Source of the DNA: Octopus vulgaris
Taxonomy: Eukaryota
Direction: 5' to 3'
DNA length: 64,000 nt
Assembly: GCA_951406725.2 (NCBI GenBank)
Contig: OX597828.1
Coordinates: 62,868,001 to 62,932,000, forward strand
Part shown: in pieces, positions 63,651 through 64,000 of the stretch
Layout of the letters: every line of letters begins with the position of its first letter
How positions within the stretch are numbered: the first letter of the stretch is position 1
Position numbers and translations under genes: made by a program
Notes under the pieces: model-generated
The model's database searches: none
What the model was told of the DNA's origin: nothing
The model's input: only the letters and a program-made list of their open reading frames with translations

Positions 63651-64000
63651 CAGGGTGCATAAGATATTTGAGGACAGATTTATGTTTATAAAATAAACAG
63701 ATATATAATAACAGGTAATAACTTTATTTATAATATTATTCAATAAAGCCACCTTCAGCTTCAACAACTGCTTCTATATGAGATCTAAATCATTTACATG
63801 CTTGAATGAAGTTGTCCTGGTTCATTTTGGACATTACTCTGACTATGGCAGTTTTCAAAGAATCTTTGGTGTAATGGGCATGTCCACTAACCTCTCTCTC
63901 AACAATGCTCCACATGTAATATTCCAATGGAATATTACATGTGGAATCTAGGGAATTAGGAGGCCAAATGTTAGGGGTTATGTGATCGCGAATATTTTCA
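63651..64000 (-). mobile_element. Tc1/mariner transposon 3' end (transposase C-terminus plus TIR)
   Basis: DHITPNIWPPNS..PLEYYMWSIVEREV..FRSHIEAVVEAEGGFIE* (stop 63736-63738, internal stop present). TA|CAGGGTG terminus. Confidence 0.9.

Overview
Eukaryotic, repeat-saturated DNA whose SINE, RTE and microsatellite landscape looks like an Octopus (coleoid cephalopod) genome. Nearly all ORF-track entries are microsatellite artefacts. Two host genes are supported, oriented head-to-head. One is the first coding exon of a Rit/Ric-type Ras GTPase (minus strand, 38879-38969, missed by the ORF track; no later exon found in the window). The other is PPCDC, coding exons 1-3 (plus strand, 57268-61890; exon 2 also missed by the track). 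The rest is LINE fragments (RTE, CR1/L2-like, Tx1/L1, R4/Dong), an LTR gag relic, a Penelope-like RT relic, a Tc1/mariner relic, Merlin-, piggyBac-, hAT- and Kolobok-type MITEs, a Helitron and tRNA-derived SINEs. The main hidden signal is RNA structure. At least seven unrelated short elements, mostly in (TA)n tracts, carry Penelope-type hammerhead ribozyme (HHR) motifs, and one family joins a tRNA-like head to an HHR. Three related elements (23.8, 24.4 and 61.4 kb) appear to encode a hammerhead whose three strands run in reverse order (non-circular permutation), with stems that differ in sequence but still pair. All structures were read by eye and none is tested experimentally.
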